Positions 1 to 13,800 of a stretch of DNA of 64,000 bases are shown one piece after another. The DNA comes from Geosiphon pyriformis uo1 (lineage: Eukaryota > Fungi > Glomeromycota). Made by a program: the position numbers and the translations under genes. The stretch covers positions 190,880 through 254,879 of the forward strand of contig JAAOMT010000647.1 of the NCBI GenBank assembly GCA_016748015.1, in the 5' to 3' direction. The notes under the pieces were generated by a model. It searched no databases and had not been told where the DNA came from. It saw nothing but the letters and a program-made list of their open reading frames with translations. Within the stretch, counting starts at the first letter, position 1, and each line of letters begins with the position of its first letter.

Positions 1-266
1 TTTTATAAGCATTACCAAAATTTGGTACCAACAAGAAAAAAACAGAAACAATGCTTAGAAGAAATAAATACCAGATTATGTAACCACTGTTTGATTTTAT
101 GTGACTTCCAATATTGTAATGAGTGTGACCTCATTTACAATCTACCATCATATATAATCTACACAATTCTGGAGAAAAAGAAACCAATCAGCAGCTGTGC
201 ATTGGAATCAAAATCAATGTTTAATCCCAATTTAGACTTTGACAACAATGATGATGAAAACAATGG

Positions 267-1139
267 TGTTACTCATAAAAAGAGAACGGATATAGGAAAA
301 TAGTAGATCAATAAGAGAATAATAGGTAACATGTGAGCACATTGCTCAGCAATATCAGAAATTACGGCACATTGCTCAGCAATGTGAAGCAATATCAGAA
401 ATCACAACACATTGCTCAGTGATGTGGAGTGATGTTAGAAAATTAGGGCACATTGCTTAGCAATATGAGCATTGCTTAAAGAAATCATAACACATTGCTC
501 AGGAATGTAAGCAATCTCATAGAACATTAATTATGTATATATAGTGATAGTGTTAGAAGTAGAAAGAACAAAATTTTTTAGTTAGAGACCTTCCAGTTTA
601 AATTTGATCTAAACAATCTTCTACATTACAATATCAATAAAATAAATATTCACTATCTCAATTCACTCTCTATTATCAACACTCCATGTTGAAAAAAGTT
701 GATACTTAAACACACTAGAACAATAGCTCTTGATTATAGCTATTAACAGAATACTAATTTGTAAATGCCTTGGCTTATTATCTTTTCTTATTTTCTTTTA
801 TTTTTTTTTTGATTATTTTGTTGTGTTTACTAATTGATTAAAAAGATTAAGCACTGAATTACTGACATTAAGGATTGCCTGATAAAAGACCCTTGCAAGT
901 GGGCAGAACACATAAAAGACTTATGGATTACTTACCAGAGAATTGCTGGCCATCACGCCAAGAAAAAAATTGACAGAATTGTGATTCTGAAAAGCTATGA
1001 AAAAACAACTAGTGAATCTCTGCCATTATACAAAGAACTCAACAAAAACCTTCAGATACTACAAACATCTATATATTATTTGAGCACCAAGTTATGGATT
1101 TGTTATTTGATTTGAGACCCCAAATAATTACTTGTAACA
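267..1139 (+). repeat. 5' LTR of element B (U3 type alpha)
   Basis: TGTTAC...GTAACA termini, followed by the PBS; colinear with 31060-31935. Confidence 0.93.
337..516 (+). repeat. U3 tandem array of the palindromic CACATTGCT-N-AGCAATGTG motif, upstream of a TATA-like TATATATAG (~536-544)
   Basis: About 6 imperfect copies seen directly; same array in the B 3' LTR and in solo LTR 2056-3303. Confidence 0.85.
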
Positions 1140-1158
1140 TTTGGTACTTCCTGTGAGG
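1140..1158 (+). promoter_or_regulatory. Primer-binding site of element B
   Basis: TTTGGTACTTCCTGTGAGG directly after the LTR; family consensus TGGTGCTTCCTGTGAGG is complementary to a tRNA 3' end ending ...GCACCA. Confidence 0.85.
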
Positions 1159-2055
1159 TATAATCTTACAGAAAACCAGCACTAACAACACCCATCCAAA
1201 CAGTGGCAGAATCTGAAGAAACAGAGACAAATCATTTAGGATTTGTGAAATTCTTATTCCAACACTACTGTCAACATTTAGAATTAATCAACAATCACTT
1301 ATCAGCAGAATTAGTTTCAAGTTTTATGTTTACAAGAGAATCTTATATTTGCTAGAAGTACCAGTAGAAACTGACTCAGCCAGAAGAAACTTCTACAACA
1401 AATAAATTCAAAATACCAGCTTACCAACAAATTATAATTTCACAGCAATCCTTACTGAAATCAATAAAGAAATTGAAAGTTACACTCAACAAAAATATCT
1501 AATCACCTACGCAAACAAAGGCAAAGGAAAATTAGCAGTAATATCCCAAAGGATACAACCACCCACTTGGAAGAAAACCAGAGTTAAATTACCAACAAAC
1601 TTATCATACCACTATATACCTGGAAGTACTATCAACATCTCATCAATAGATGCATCCACATCAAACACGATATTAACATTTGGGCAACTCCTATTTCAAA
1701 GTAAACAAAAGAAAGCAGAATTACTAGGAATCTACAGCAATTATTTTGAAGGATTTAAATTGTGATCACCAATACCATCAGAATTCTGATCACCACCATC
1801 TCAACCAGATTTCGGAAATGTGAGTCTCTGAAAGATAACAGAATTAAAAGAAAAAAAAGAAGCTAAAAATTAAGAATTTACTTACCAGAACCCAATTCTA
1901 AAAAATCCAAACATCAAAACCCCAAACCTTCAAACTCAGCAAAATCTAAATTTAAAAAATCTGGAAATTGGAACTCCGAATATTCAAACACTGCCAAATC
2001 AGAACAATCAAAACCCCAAAACAATTAATCAGCAAAACTCACCTTCAGTAGTTAT

Positions 2056-3303
2056 TGTTACAAGTGATTATTTGGGGTCTTAAATCAAATAACAAACTTG
2101 TAACTTGGTGCTTAATTGATATATTGATGTTGGTAATATCTGAAAGTTGTTGGTATCTGAAGGTTTTGGGTTGAGTTCTTTGTATAATAGACAGAGATTC
2201 AATAGTTGTCTTTCTAGTAGTCTCCCAGAATTGCAATTCCATTGAATTTTTTTCTAAGCATAGTGGCTAATAATCTGGCAGAAATGCTCTTCTGGTAAGC
2301 TATCTGTTAATATATATATGTTATTACCCTTATTTATGGGTCTTTTACCAGACTATCCTTGACATCAATATCTCAGTGCTTAATTTTTTTAATCAATTAG
2401 TAAACAACAAAAAAAAATAAAATAAAGAAAAATAAAAGAAAATAAAAAAATAAAAAAAATAAAATAAGAAATAAGTGTCTTGTCAATAGCCATAATCAAG
2501 AGCTATTGTGCCAGCAGGTTAAGTAGTAGATAATTTCATTAATATGAAAGTGATTTCACTTCAAGTTATAATATTCTATCTTTTGAAGAAAGGGTATTTA
2601 ATAATTATGACTTATAAATCTAATTGACTCTGAGAGTCTTACTAACTCTCAGTCTTCTTAACTTTGAGCTTAATTGATTAATTTTCTAGCTTTTGATACT
2701 ATTGCTATATATACATAATTGATGTTCTACAAAATTGCTCATATTCTTGAGCAATGTGCTATGATTTCTTGAGCAATATGCCATGATTTCTGTTATTGCT
2801 TTTCATTGTTAAGCAATGTGTTTATGTGCTAAATACTATTCACTTATTGGTCTACTATTTTTCCTATATTTGTTTTCTTTTTATGAGTAACATTTGAAGG
2901 AAGGGTATTTAATAATTATAACCTGTGAGTCTAATTGACTCTAAGAGTCTTACTGACTCTCAGTCTTCTTAACTTTGAGCCTAATTGACTAATTTTCTAG
3001 TTTTTGATACTACTGTTATATATATATTATTGATGTTCTATAAGATTGCTCATATTCTTAAGCAATGTGCTATGATTTCTTTAGCAATGTTCACATTGTT
3101 GAGCAATGTGCTCTAATTTTCTAATATTGCTCCACATTGCTGAGCAATGTGCCATGCTTTCTGTCATTGCTCCACATTGCTAAGCAATATGTCATGATTT
3201 CTGTTATTGCTTTACATTGCTGAGCAATGTGTTTATATACTAAATACTATTCACTTATTGGTCTACTATTTTCCCTATATCTGTTTTTTTTTTATGAGTA
3301 ACA
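2056..3303 (-). mobile_element. Family-1 solo LTR with duplicated U3 (full LTR 2056-2892 plus an extra U3 copy 2893-3303), inserted in gag of B
   Basis: TGTTAC start at 2056; GTAACA ends at 2892 and 3303. Flanks TTAT/TTGT (TSD with one G>A). Host frame ..VVINQPP is restored on removal. Confidence 0.85.
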
Positions 3304-6300
3304 TTGTCATCAATCAACCACCAATTAAACCAATTATTGAACTAATCCAACAGCAGTCACTTCAACCACCCCAACAACCACAACAGCTGCTTCAACAGCC
3401 GCAACAACAATTACAACCACAACACCAACAACAACAACTAAACTTGGATCCAATGGTCTATGCTTCAATAGTGAAATTAGAAAAGTTTACCAGCAAAAAA
3501 AATGATGTCCAAATATGGCTCAATGATGTTAAAAAGACCATCATGGCCAATGGATGGAACAACACAAAAGCTCTCTAAGCCATCTCTTACTTTCTCCAGA
3601 ATACCACCAATTCATGATATCAAAGCTTGGTTAATAGGCCCCAAGATTTTGATGGCTTCAAGTGAACATTTCTGCAATATTTTGTAATAATAACAGTATT
3701 AATTGCCTGGCCAACACCTTTACCACAATCAAACAAGGAGAAACTGAAACAGTTACCACTTATTTGGGATGTTTCCACAGGAATTTGTGCCAAATTTAAG
3801 CAATCCAAGCCGACTATTTTACAGCATCACAGATTCTAAACCAATTTATTAGAGGCCTGTATAATAGTATCCTCCAATGCATATGTCTAATGCATCTAGC
3901 AGATCTTCAAGCTGCAGTTACAAACACCAGAGATTTTAAAGCAGCTGAACTTGAAGCTAACCATGCCCAAGCTGTAAATCTAGTGATAAATGGATTATTT
4001 GAATTGGATTCCAAATTGAAACAATTCAGTAATTCAATTAACCAGAAACTTAAAGAATACTTAGTTGACAATTGTGTAATTTATCAGCCACCCCAACAAT
4101 GTAACCATTTAAAAAACACAAATCATTTCCAAAATCAGTCGCATTTATTATCATTACTCAATCAGTTGTGACAGCCTGAGATGTATGTCTGTTACAACTG
4201 TGGTAAACAAGACCATATTTGAGCCAACTGTCATTTATATAATAACTCACAATCGGAAAATTAATATTAAAACCCCAATCGCAGATTTCCAGCTTCGAGT
4301 TATCAACCCAATCTGGCACCATATCAACTGACTTACCTGCCCATAATGCAACAGTTAATATATCAACCACCCATATATCAATCTCCAATTTATCAACTGC
4401 AGCCACCAGTAATATATTATCTACTGCAGCCACAAATAATTTATTAGACACCCGCAGTTTAAACACCACCATCAAACTCAGTTCAAATGACATTAAGAAA
4501 CCCTAGATCAAGAGTCACTCAAAACTGGAGATTGGTAATGGTTGTTTACCAACCAATTCCCAGTTCATCTAACCAGCCATTAGGATCACGACAGCAGAAT
4601 TCAAGAACCAGGTATACTCAAAACCTGAGTTCCCAACACTACTTAAGTCTCCTGGTTACTCCAGAAGACACCACACCCAATAACTCAGAGGCCAACCAAA
4701 AACAATCAACCACAAGCAACATACCTCCCGCCACCATCATGAAAGATGAGTCACTCACAGCTATATTTCCCTTTGAAATAGAAAAACCAACAGAAACTCC
4801 TTTGTTTAGTAAAGCCACACTTGAGGAAAAACTCATCACGACAATGTACACTGATGCCAAAATTAATGGCCATTCCATCAAACTGATCCTAGATAGTGGA
4901 TCAGCTGGCAGTATTATCACAAAACAACTTATGGACCAATTAGGTTGCCGAGTTGATCAAGCTGCCAGTACAAGGATAATTACCACTGATGGAGCCACCA
5001 AAACCCCAATTGGTGAAATAAATGCCCTACCCATTGAAGTCAATGGCATCATCATATTAATTAAAGTACTAGTCATGAAGGCCACTTAATACCAAGCATT
5101 TGTTGGCAATGATTGGCTGTCCAAAATTAATGCAACCCTTGACTGAACTACCCAAGAACTTCAACTTAGCCAAAATGGATAACACACACAAGTACTGGCC
5201 ATGTGTAGTTACTTCAAACCCATCACCATGCTATTAGCACCACTTATCAAATTCGAGAAAGAAGAAGAGAAACCTACCTGGAAAGTGTACCAGGTTTGCT
5301 GGGCTGATGCTGACCACAACAAGCTGCAGTTAATACCATCATGGGATAACAATAGAAAAGGGAAACAAAAGGAAAAACTTACCTGGAATGCCAACTATGT
5401 ATGGAGAACTGACAATAACTTAGAAGAATTAGCAACTTGGAAGTGGAAAAAAATTGACAAAAGAAAAGAAAAAAAGAAGAAAAAAGAACCAAAATCCTCT
5501 GGTGCCACTAATTATAATTTCTATACTACATTCCAACAATCCACTTATCACTGCCCAAAACTAATGTGCATTAATTGCAGCAAGAAATTGTTGTTAATGG
5601 GTGCTTGCTGTGGCAACGATGAGAAGTACACTTCGGCAACCAAATTTTACTGTTACCCATGTGTTATTGAACACTTTGAGAGACCAAAATGAATTGGAAA
5701 ATGGGACAATGAACCCTGCTTGGCCTGCAAAAAGACTCTCCTCAATAAAAAAATGTGGAACAACATCCCTGAAAGAAGAAGAATGTGCGATGAATTATGT
5801 TAGTACATGATTCTCATAAATGACTGAGTGAGAAAAGAAACACTCATAAATGTCATCTGGAGACAAGCAGTTAAATGTTTGAATGAATGTCCACATGACG
5901 ATGATGAAATCTGGCAAATAGCACTCACCAAAATTGAAGAAGCATTACCAGAAGAAATAAAAACAATTAAAAACAACTCATCTGAACCCATAGAACTCAA
6001 CTGAAACACAGAACCAGTCATAAATTTACTGGACTCAAAACAATTTCACAAACATTACCAGGAACTGACATCCACTAGAGAGGAGCAAAAGCAATAGTTA
6101 AAAGAAATCAACACTCGACTATGTGACTATTGTTTAATTCCATGTGACTTTTAGTATTGTAATGAGTGTGACCTTATTTACAATCCACCACCACACATGA
6201 TCTACACAATCCCAAAAAAAAATGAACCAATGAGCAGCTGTACATCTGAATCAGAATTGACTTTCAATTCCGATTTAAACTCCAATAATGACAATGACAA

Positions 6301-7819
6301 AAATAACAGTTCTAGCTCTATTCAAATTGGCAATAAAAATATCAACGATCTGAACTCCAATTCAAACTCTGAAATATCTATTGCCCTTCCTGACCTTTCC
6401 AAAGAGCAGGAACTCAAATGGTATAATGACAATGATAAAAGGTATCATGCCAGAACAGACACATAATATTAATGCAAGGTTTGATCTAAGATATCCAAGA
6501 AAAAAAGCCATAAAATTGGAACCACATTTGCATACATGTATTAATCTCAAAATAGCACTGGAAATTCCAGCAACAACAATGGTTCAATTAGCATTTAGAA
6601 GTAGCTTAGCAAAAAAAGGAATTAACATCAAAAGAAGAATAATTGATGCAGAATATGTGAGAAATATTATTGCTATGCTACAAAACAATTCAGAAAAAGC
6701 CTATATTATAGAACCAAATGAAAAAATAACACAGACAATATTCTTACCTCTGATGAAAATAGCCCAGTTAGTTTTAGTGAAAAAAAAAGAAAAATTAGGG
6801 ATCACAGCTAAAAAAATACAGAAATTTAGATCAACAGGTAGAATAGATATACTAGTCAATATGACAAAAGAAAAAATTGTTGATAAAAGAAAAATTATCT
6901 CAAACCATCAACCAATTTCCATTCCATCATATGACCAGTATATGTTAGCTATAAAAAGAGAAATAAAAGATTGAGCTCAATTGTTTGAAACAAAAGCCAC
7001 TATTTGTGAATTAGGAGAGATTGGACTCACTAATCTCTACATATCAGCCAAAAGCCCCAAAAACATCAAAATTCCCATCTACAACACAACTGGAAAGGTT
7101 ATCAAAATACCAAAGAGAACTATTATTGGATATTTAACTATTAAAGTTGAAGATCAACCACCAAACCACATTCCAGATTTTCTACAACTGTGTGGATACG
7201 TGGATATTACATTACAAACAATCTACAGATAAGAAGAATGTTATCTGCTCCAGCCAGAACAATTAGAACAAATGAATTTGGGAAACTTAGACCCACTTCA
7301 ACAAATGCAACTTAAGATGTTACTCAATAATTTCAATGACATCTTTGCAAGTGAAAATGAATTTGGCAGAACTGGCATAATTCAGCATCAAATCAAGACT
7401 GGAGATACAATGCAATAAAACAAAGAGCATACAGAATACCACCAGCCAGCCATGAAATTATTTGTCAAGAGATCAATCAAATGCTTGACAATAGGCTAAT
7501 TCAGCCATCAATGAGCCCATAATCATTACCAATGATACTGGTCTATAAGAAAAATGGGAAAATCCATTTTTGTGTAGATTACCGAAAACTGAATAGAGTA
7601 ACAAAAAGAAACAGCTACCCAACTCCAAAAATTCAAGAGCTGTTCAACGCTTTCAGTGGAAAGAAATAGTTTTCAATATTGGATCTAAACAGTGGCTACT
7701 AGCAAGTAGCCATAAAGCCAAAAGATAAAGAGAAAATGGCTTTCACAACACAAAAAGAGAATTTCGAATTCAAAGTAATGCCATTTGGCTTAATGAATGC
7801 TCCAGCAATATTTCAAAGG

Positions 7820-8657
7820 TGTTACAGATGATTATTTCTGCTGTTGAATTAAATAACAAACCTGTAACCTGGTGCTCAAAAGCTACTTCCATTGATGATG
7901 TTCTGTAAGTGTTGTATCTGAAGGTTTTGATGGAGTCTTTTGTATAATAAACAGAGATTCAATAATTGTTTTATCCATAGCTTCCCAGACTCACAAGTCT
8001 GTTAATTCTTTTCTTGGCTTAATGGTTGGCAATCCTTTAATAAGTAATCTGTATTTTCTGTATGTATTCTACTCATTTGCAGGGGTCTTTTACCAGCCAA
8101 TCCTTGACGTCAGTAATCAGTGCTTTTAATCAATTAGTTAGTACCCAATACAAAATCATAGAAAATAAAGAAAATAAAGAAATCTAAAGAAATAAGCCAA
8201 AGCAATTTGCAGATTAGTATCCCATCAATAGCCATAATTAAGAGCTATTGTTTCAGCATGGTTTTAAGTATTAATTACTATCAACATGAAGTGCTGATAG
8301 TGAGGAGTGGATTGAGATATGAAATAATTATTTATTTGAGGATTGTGTTTCTGGGCTAAGGATTCTGTCATATCGATTCTCTTTTTTCTGTTTTTAACAC
8401 TACTGCTATATATACATAATTGAGATTCCTTAATTCCTCAATTCTTCACAACAGGAATCCTGGAATTCCTGGAATTCTGCAATTTCTTTGAGAGGAATTC
8501 TGCAATTCTGGAATCCTGCAATTTTTTGTCGGGAAATCCTGAAATTCTTGGAATTCTGCAATTCCTGAGAGGAATCTTGGAATTCCACATTTACTATGCC
8601 TACTTCTGATTGGCTAATAATTATGCTAATATATTTCTTATATTTTTATGAGTAACA
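7820..8657 (-). repeat. 3' LTR of element C
   Basis: Colinear with 17073-17911; preceded on the minus strand by PPT AAAAGGAGGGAATAA. Confidence 0.93.
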
Positions 8658-8670
8658 TTATTCCCTCCTT

Positions 8671-9330
8671 TTAATATTGAGCTTTGTTGAAATCCAACTC
8701 ATTTAACTCTCTCTCTTAAAGTATTTTTTGGATTTCGTTTTCAAGAATTACTTGTGTTATTTGGGTCTGTAATTTTTCAAATTGAGCATTGATGATTTTT
8801 TCCAATTAATTACTGGTAACCATATCCATTGCTTTGTTGAGCAATATTTCTGGTCTATCCTGAAATGCTGTGTGTATTTGGTATATGGCTCGGGCCTGTG
8901 TGGATAAGTTGTTCTTTCCCACAAAATGTTCTAATTGTTGTAGTATTCTTTTGTCAAATAATCGCTTTGTCTTATCCATATATAGATTTTGGATATTTAT
9001 GTGTTGTCTCAAGTAAAAATAACAATAGTTTTGTGGAAATTGTTGTATCCATTAATTCCAAGTTTCTTTAGTCAACTCTTGATATAGTGACTCTTTTGTC
9101 AACTCTTTTATTGCTAATTTTACTTTTGCCATGATTTTGTCCACAGTATTTTCAGTTTTCTTCTGTGTTCTGAGTTGCAATGTCTTTCTAGTATTTTAAT
9201 ATCGAATAGTTTGTTGATTGATTGTAATCTCCATTTTATGGTGTTGGATTAATTGAAAGAGTTGTTGTGCTAGTGAGTAAATGTTGTTTGTAATTTCTAT
9301 TTTTCTGATATTTCTTGTCATGTCTACCAT
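8671..9330 (-). pseudogene. Element C ORF3, unknown 219-aa protein
   Basis: ATG at 9330 to TAA at 8671 overlapping the PPT. Same 660-nt length as the F copy. Internal nonsense codons. Confidence 0.75.
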
Positions 9331-9354
9331 GTCTTTATATATTCTTTTGATGGA

Positions 9355-10737
9355 TCAATTTAACATGTTGTTGTCGATAATAACGATTGGTTCCAGATTT
9401 TGTGAAATCTTATCTGGTTAGACTAATATTCTCTGTACTCCTAATTGTGGAATATTACTGATAGATGGTAGTGTGATGTTGTGATATGATTTCAGTCAAT
9501 CTCTATGTGCTGCTTTGGTTAAAATTTTGTTATCCAATCTCAATTTGTAAGCTCCATTTTCTAGAATTTCTTCTATGTGAAATGGTCTATCCCATTTGAG
9601 ATCAAATTTTCCGCTCCATTGTTTTTCCGCTTTAGTACAATGTAGTAATATTTTGTCTCCAATCTTAAATTCAACTGGTTTGTCTGGTAGTTAACTATTA
9701 TGTCTTTCTTTCTGTTTTTTTTGTGACTTTTGAATATTATCAGCTGCTCTTCTTTATTTGTTTTCTAGTGTTTCCATTAAGTGATATGTTCTTCTCAGCA
9801 ATGTTTTTCAAAAATTTTCTTCTGTTATTGGTTCAGCTGGATATGTATTAATTTCTCTCTCTACTAGTAATGTTGTTGTTCTCCCATATACTAATTCAAA
9901 TGGTGTTGCTTGTGTAGTATCTTGTTTCATTATCTGATAAGCAAATAGTACTGATGGTATGAACAAATCTCAATTGTTTTGGTTTTCTTGGCTGAACTTA
10001 GCTATTGCTTCACACAATGTTTTGTTGAATCTTTCTACTAATCCATTGGTTTGTGGATGGTATGGTGATGATAATGGTCTCTTGATTCCAAATCTTTGGC
10101 TCAATTCTGTTAATGTTCTGTTCACAAAATGAGTTTCTTGGTCTGATAATAATTTTTTTGGACATCTATGTCAACAAATCAAATCCTGATGAACGAATTT
10201 GGCAATGGATTCTGCATCTGCTCTTTGAATTACTTTCACCTCTGGCCATTTAGTAAGATAGTCCATAGCTACTGCTATGTATCTGTTTCTTCTGCTGGTA
10301 ATTGTTAATGGTCCGACTAAATCAATTCCAATATAGTCGAATGGTTGTCCCACTTTGATTGGTCTTAATGGTTCACTGGGTCTTGTTCCTCCTTTTCGCT
10401 GACAAGCATCACAATTTTGAACATATTAAATGATGTTTGGGTACATTGATGGCCAATAATATCTCTTTCTGGTTCTTTCTATGATTGCTTCTTTGTGAAA
10501 ATGTCCTGCTGTTAGATTTGAGTGCATGTTGAATAATATTGTCTCTTTTTCTGGCTCTGTAATTACTCTGGTTGGTTGATCTGAATTCCTTCTATTTTTT
10601 TGATAAAGAATATTTTGGTGAGTGATAAAATATTTTGATTGTTGTTTGATACTCTTTCGTTCCATTTGAGATAAATTTTCCTTGAACTGTTAAGTGTTTA
10701 TATAATGTTTCAATTGTTGATATTTTTATATGTTCAT
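9355..10737 (-). pseudogene. Element C ORF2 integrase (HHCC, DDE, GPY/F)
   Basis: MHSNLTAGHF..RYYWP..CDAC, GIDLVG, SDQ, GLVERFN. Length 1383 nt. Confidence 0.9.
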
Positions 10738-10800
10738 CTTTTGTTGTATTTTTCCATTGGTATTGTTCTGGTTTTGTTATATTTTTGGGTTGAAATGTTC

Positions 10801-13800
10801 TTAGATTTGTTTCATTTGCAATAAACCATCCGCATTTCTATTGTTTTTTTCTTTTTTATAATGTATAGTATAATTATATGGTGCGAATGCCATTTTTCAT
10901 CTTGAATGTCTTCTATCTCCAAATTCTTGTTTTTGAAGTGATGTTAATTCTTTGTGATCTGTGTACATCTCAAACTTCTGACTCAAGTATTCTTTCCATT
11001 TTATAACTGCCCAGTATATTGCTAAGTGTTCTTGTTCCAGTGTTCCATAGTTTTTTTTGGCTGGTATTAAACCTCTGCTAGCATATGCTACTGGATGTTC
11101 TCTGTCGTCTGGTCCTCTCTAAGATAGTACTGCTTTTAATGCTTGGCTGGATGCATCAGTGGTAATGATGAATGGTTTGCTGTAATCTGGATAGATCAGT
11201 ACTGGAGCTTGGATGAGCTTTCTTTTCAAAATATCAAAAGCTTCTTGTTGACTTTCTGTTCATTCATATTTTGTATTTTTGTTTTGCAGTTGGTTGAGTG
11301 GCTGTGCTATTTTGGAGAAGTTCTTGATAAAACATTGATAGTAGCTGGCAAATCCCAAGAATGATTTCAGTTCTGTCATATTGGTCGGCACTGGAAAGTT
11401 CTTTACTATCTCTATTTTCTCTGGATCCATTTTGATGCCATTTTTACTGACTATGTGTCCCAAGAATTTTAGTTCTGTCTTGCCAAAGAAGCACTTTGTT
11501 GTATTTAATTTTAGTCCTGCTCTTCTTAGTTTTTCAAACACTTGTTAAAGATGATGAAGATGATCATCAAACGTTTTTGAGAATACATTGGTGTTGTCCA
11601 AGTATATAACTACTGATTTCCACAATAAGCCAGTATAAACGATTTCCATTAGTCATTGGAAAGTTGCTGGGACATTGGTTAAGCTAAATGGCATCACTTC
11701 AAATTCAAAATTCTCTTCTTCAATAGTAAATGCCATTTTCTCTTTGTCAACTGGATTCATGGCAACTTGCTAGTAACCACTGTCCAAATTTAATGTGGAG
11801 AACCATTTGTTCCTACTGAAAGCATTGAATAATTTCTGTATTCATGGAGTTGGATAACTGTCTCCACAAGTTACACTATTGAGTTTTCTGTAGTCTACAC
11901 AAAATTGGATTTTTCTATTCTTCTTATGGATGAGTATCACTGGTGACAACCATGGGCTCATTGATGGTTGAATTAGCCCATTGTTAAGCATTCTGTTTAT
12001 CTCTTGATGAATGATTTCATGGCTGGCTGGTAGCACTTTGTATGCTCTTTGTTTGATTGGTATTGCATCTTCAGTCTTGATCTAATGCTGAATAATATCA
12101 GTTTGGCCAAACTCATTTTCGTTGGCAAAGATGTTGTTGAAATTGTTGAGTAACATCTTGAGCTGTATACATTGAAGTGGATCTAAGTTTCCCATGTTTA
12201 TTTGTTTCAATTGTTCTGGTTGGAGCAAATAACATTTGTCTCATCCATAGATTGTTTGTGATGTGATGTCAACATATCCACAAAGTTGTGGAAAGTCTGG
12301 AATGGGATTTGGTTCTATTTCTGTGGTTAAATATCTAATGGTGGTTCCTTCTGGTATGTTGATGACATTGTCAGTGTTGTTGTAGATGAGAATTTTTATG
12401 CTGCTATAGCTTTTGGCTGGTATGTGGAGATTGATCAACCCAATCTCTCCTGATTCACAAAGGTTTGCTTCAGCTTCAAAAATCTGTCCTTGCTCCTTTT
12501 CCTTCCTTTCTATTGCTAGTATGTACTGGCTATATGGTGGAATAGAAATAGCTTGACCAGTTGAGATAATTTCTCCTTAGCCAACAATTTCTGCCTCTGC
12601 CATATTAACAGGTACTTCTATTTTACCCATTGATCTAAATCCTTGTATTCCTCTTGCTGTTATCCCTAATTCCTCTCTATTTCCCACTAATACTAACTGC
12701 ACTATTTTCACCAGAGGCAGAAATATTGCCTGTGCTATTTTTTCATTTGGCTCTATTATATAGGCCTTTTCAGAGTCGTTTTGTAGCATAGCAATGATAT
12801 TTCCCATGTATTCCACATTAATTATTCCTCTTCTGATGTTTATCTATCTTTTTGCTAAATTACTTCTAGATGCTAATTGAACCATTGTTGTTGCTGGAAT
12901 TTTTAAAGCTACTTTCAGATCAATGCAAGTGCATGAATGTGGTTCCAATTTGATGGCATCTTTTCCTGGGTATCTCAGATCAAACTCTGCATCAGTATCA
13001 TGCACGCATTCTGGCATGATATCTTCCCCCTTGTCACTATACTATTTCAACTCCTGCTCCTTGGAGAGATCTGGTAGTGCAATATATTGTTCATAGTTTG
13101 TATCAAAGTTTGGATCTGAGTTGGAATCATTGTTGTTGTTATTGCCATTTTGAATGGAGCTCAAACCATTGTTGTTGTCATCATTGTTGGAGTTTGAATC
13201 GGAATCAAGTGGTGATTCCAATTCTGATGTGCAGCTACTGATTGGTTCTTTCTTTTCGGGAATCATGTAGATTATGCGTGGTGGTGGATTGTAGATGAGC
13301 TCACACTCATTACAATATTAGAAGTTACATGGAATCAAACAGTAATCACATAATTGAGTGTTTAGCTGTGCTAAACGTTCTTCTTGTTCTTCTCTTGTGA
13401 GTGCTAGTCGCTGATAGTGTTCGTGAAATTTTTTTGGGTCATCTTCAACATTGTCAAAGACATCGAATGTTTGGACATATTCTGGTTCTGGCAGTGATAG
13501 TGGGTTGTCCTTAATTTCTCTCAGCTCTTCTGTTGTAGCACCTTTGGACATAGCATATGCCATTCTCCAGATCTCATCTTCATCATGTAGATATTTTTCC
13601 AGGTGTCTTAATGCTCGCTTCCAGATATCATTAATTGGAGTTCCCTTTCGTACCCATTCATTGATCAAGATCGTGTATTAATATGTTTTGTCGCATGCTC
13701 TCCCTCTTCCAGAATTGTCTTTCCACATTCCTTCATCCAAAAGAGTTTCTCCACAGGCTAGACACAAGGTACTGTCCCATTTTTCTATTTTTGGCAGTCA

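Noticed and set aside
337-516. Palindromic repeat array that looks CRISPR-like
   Set aside because: It lies within LTR U3, the spacers are short and related, the array is copied in each LTR, and there are no cas genes.
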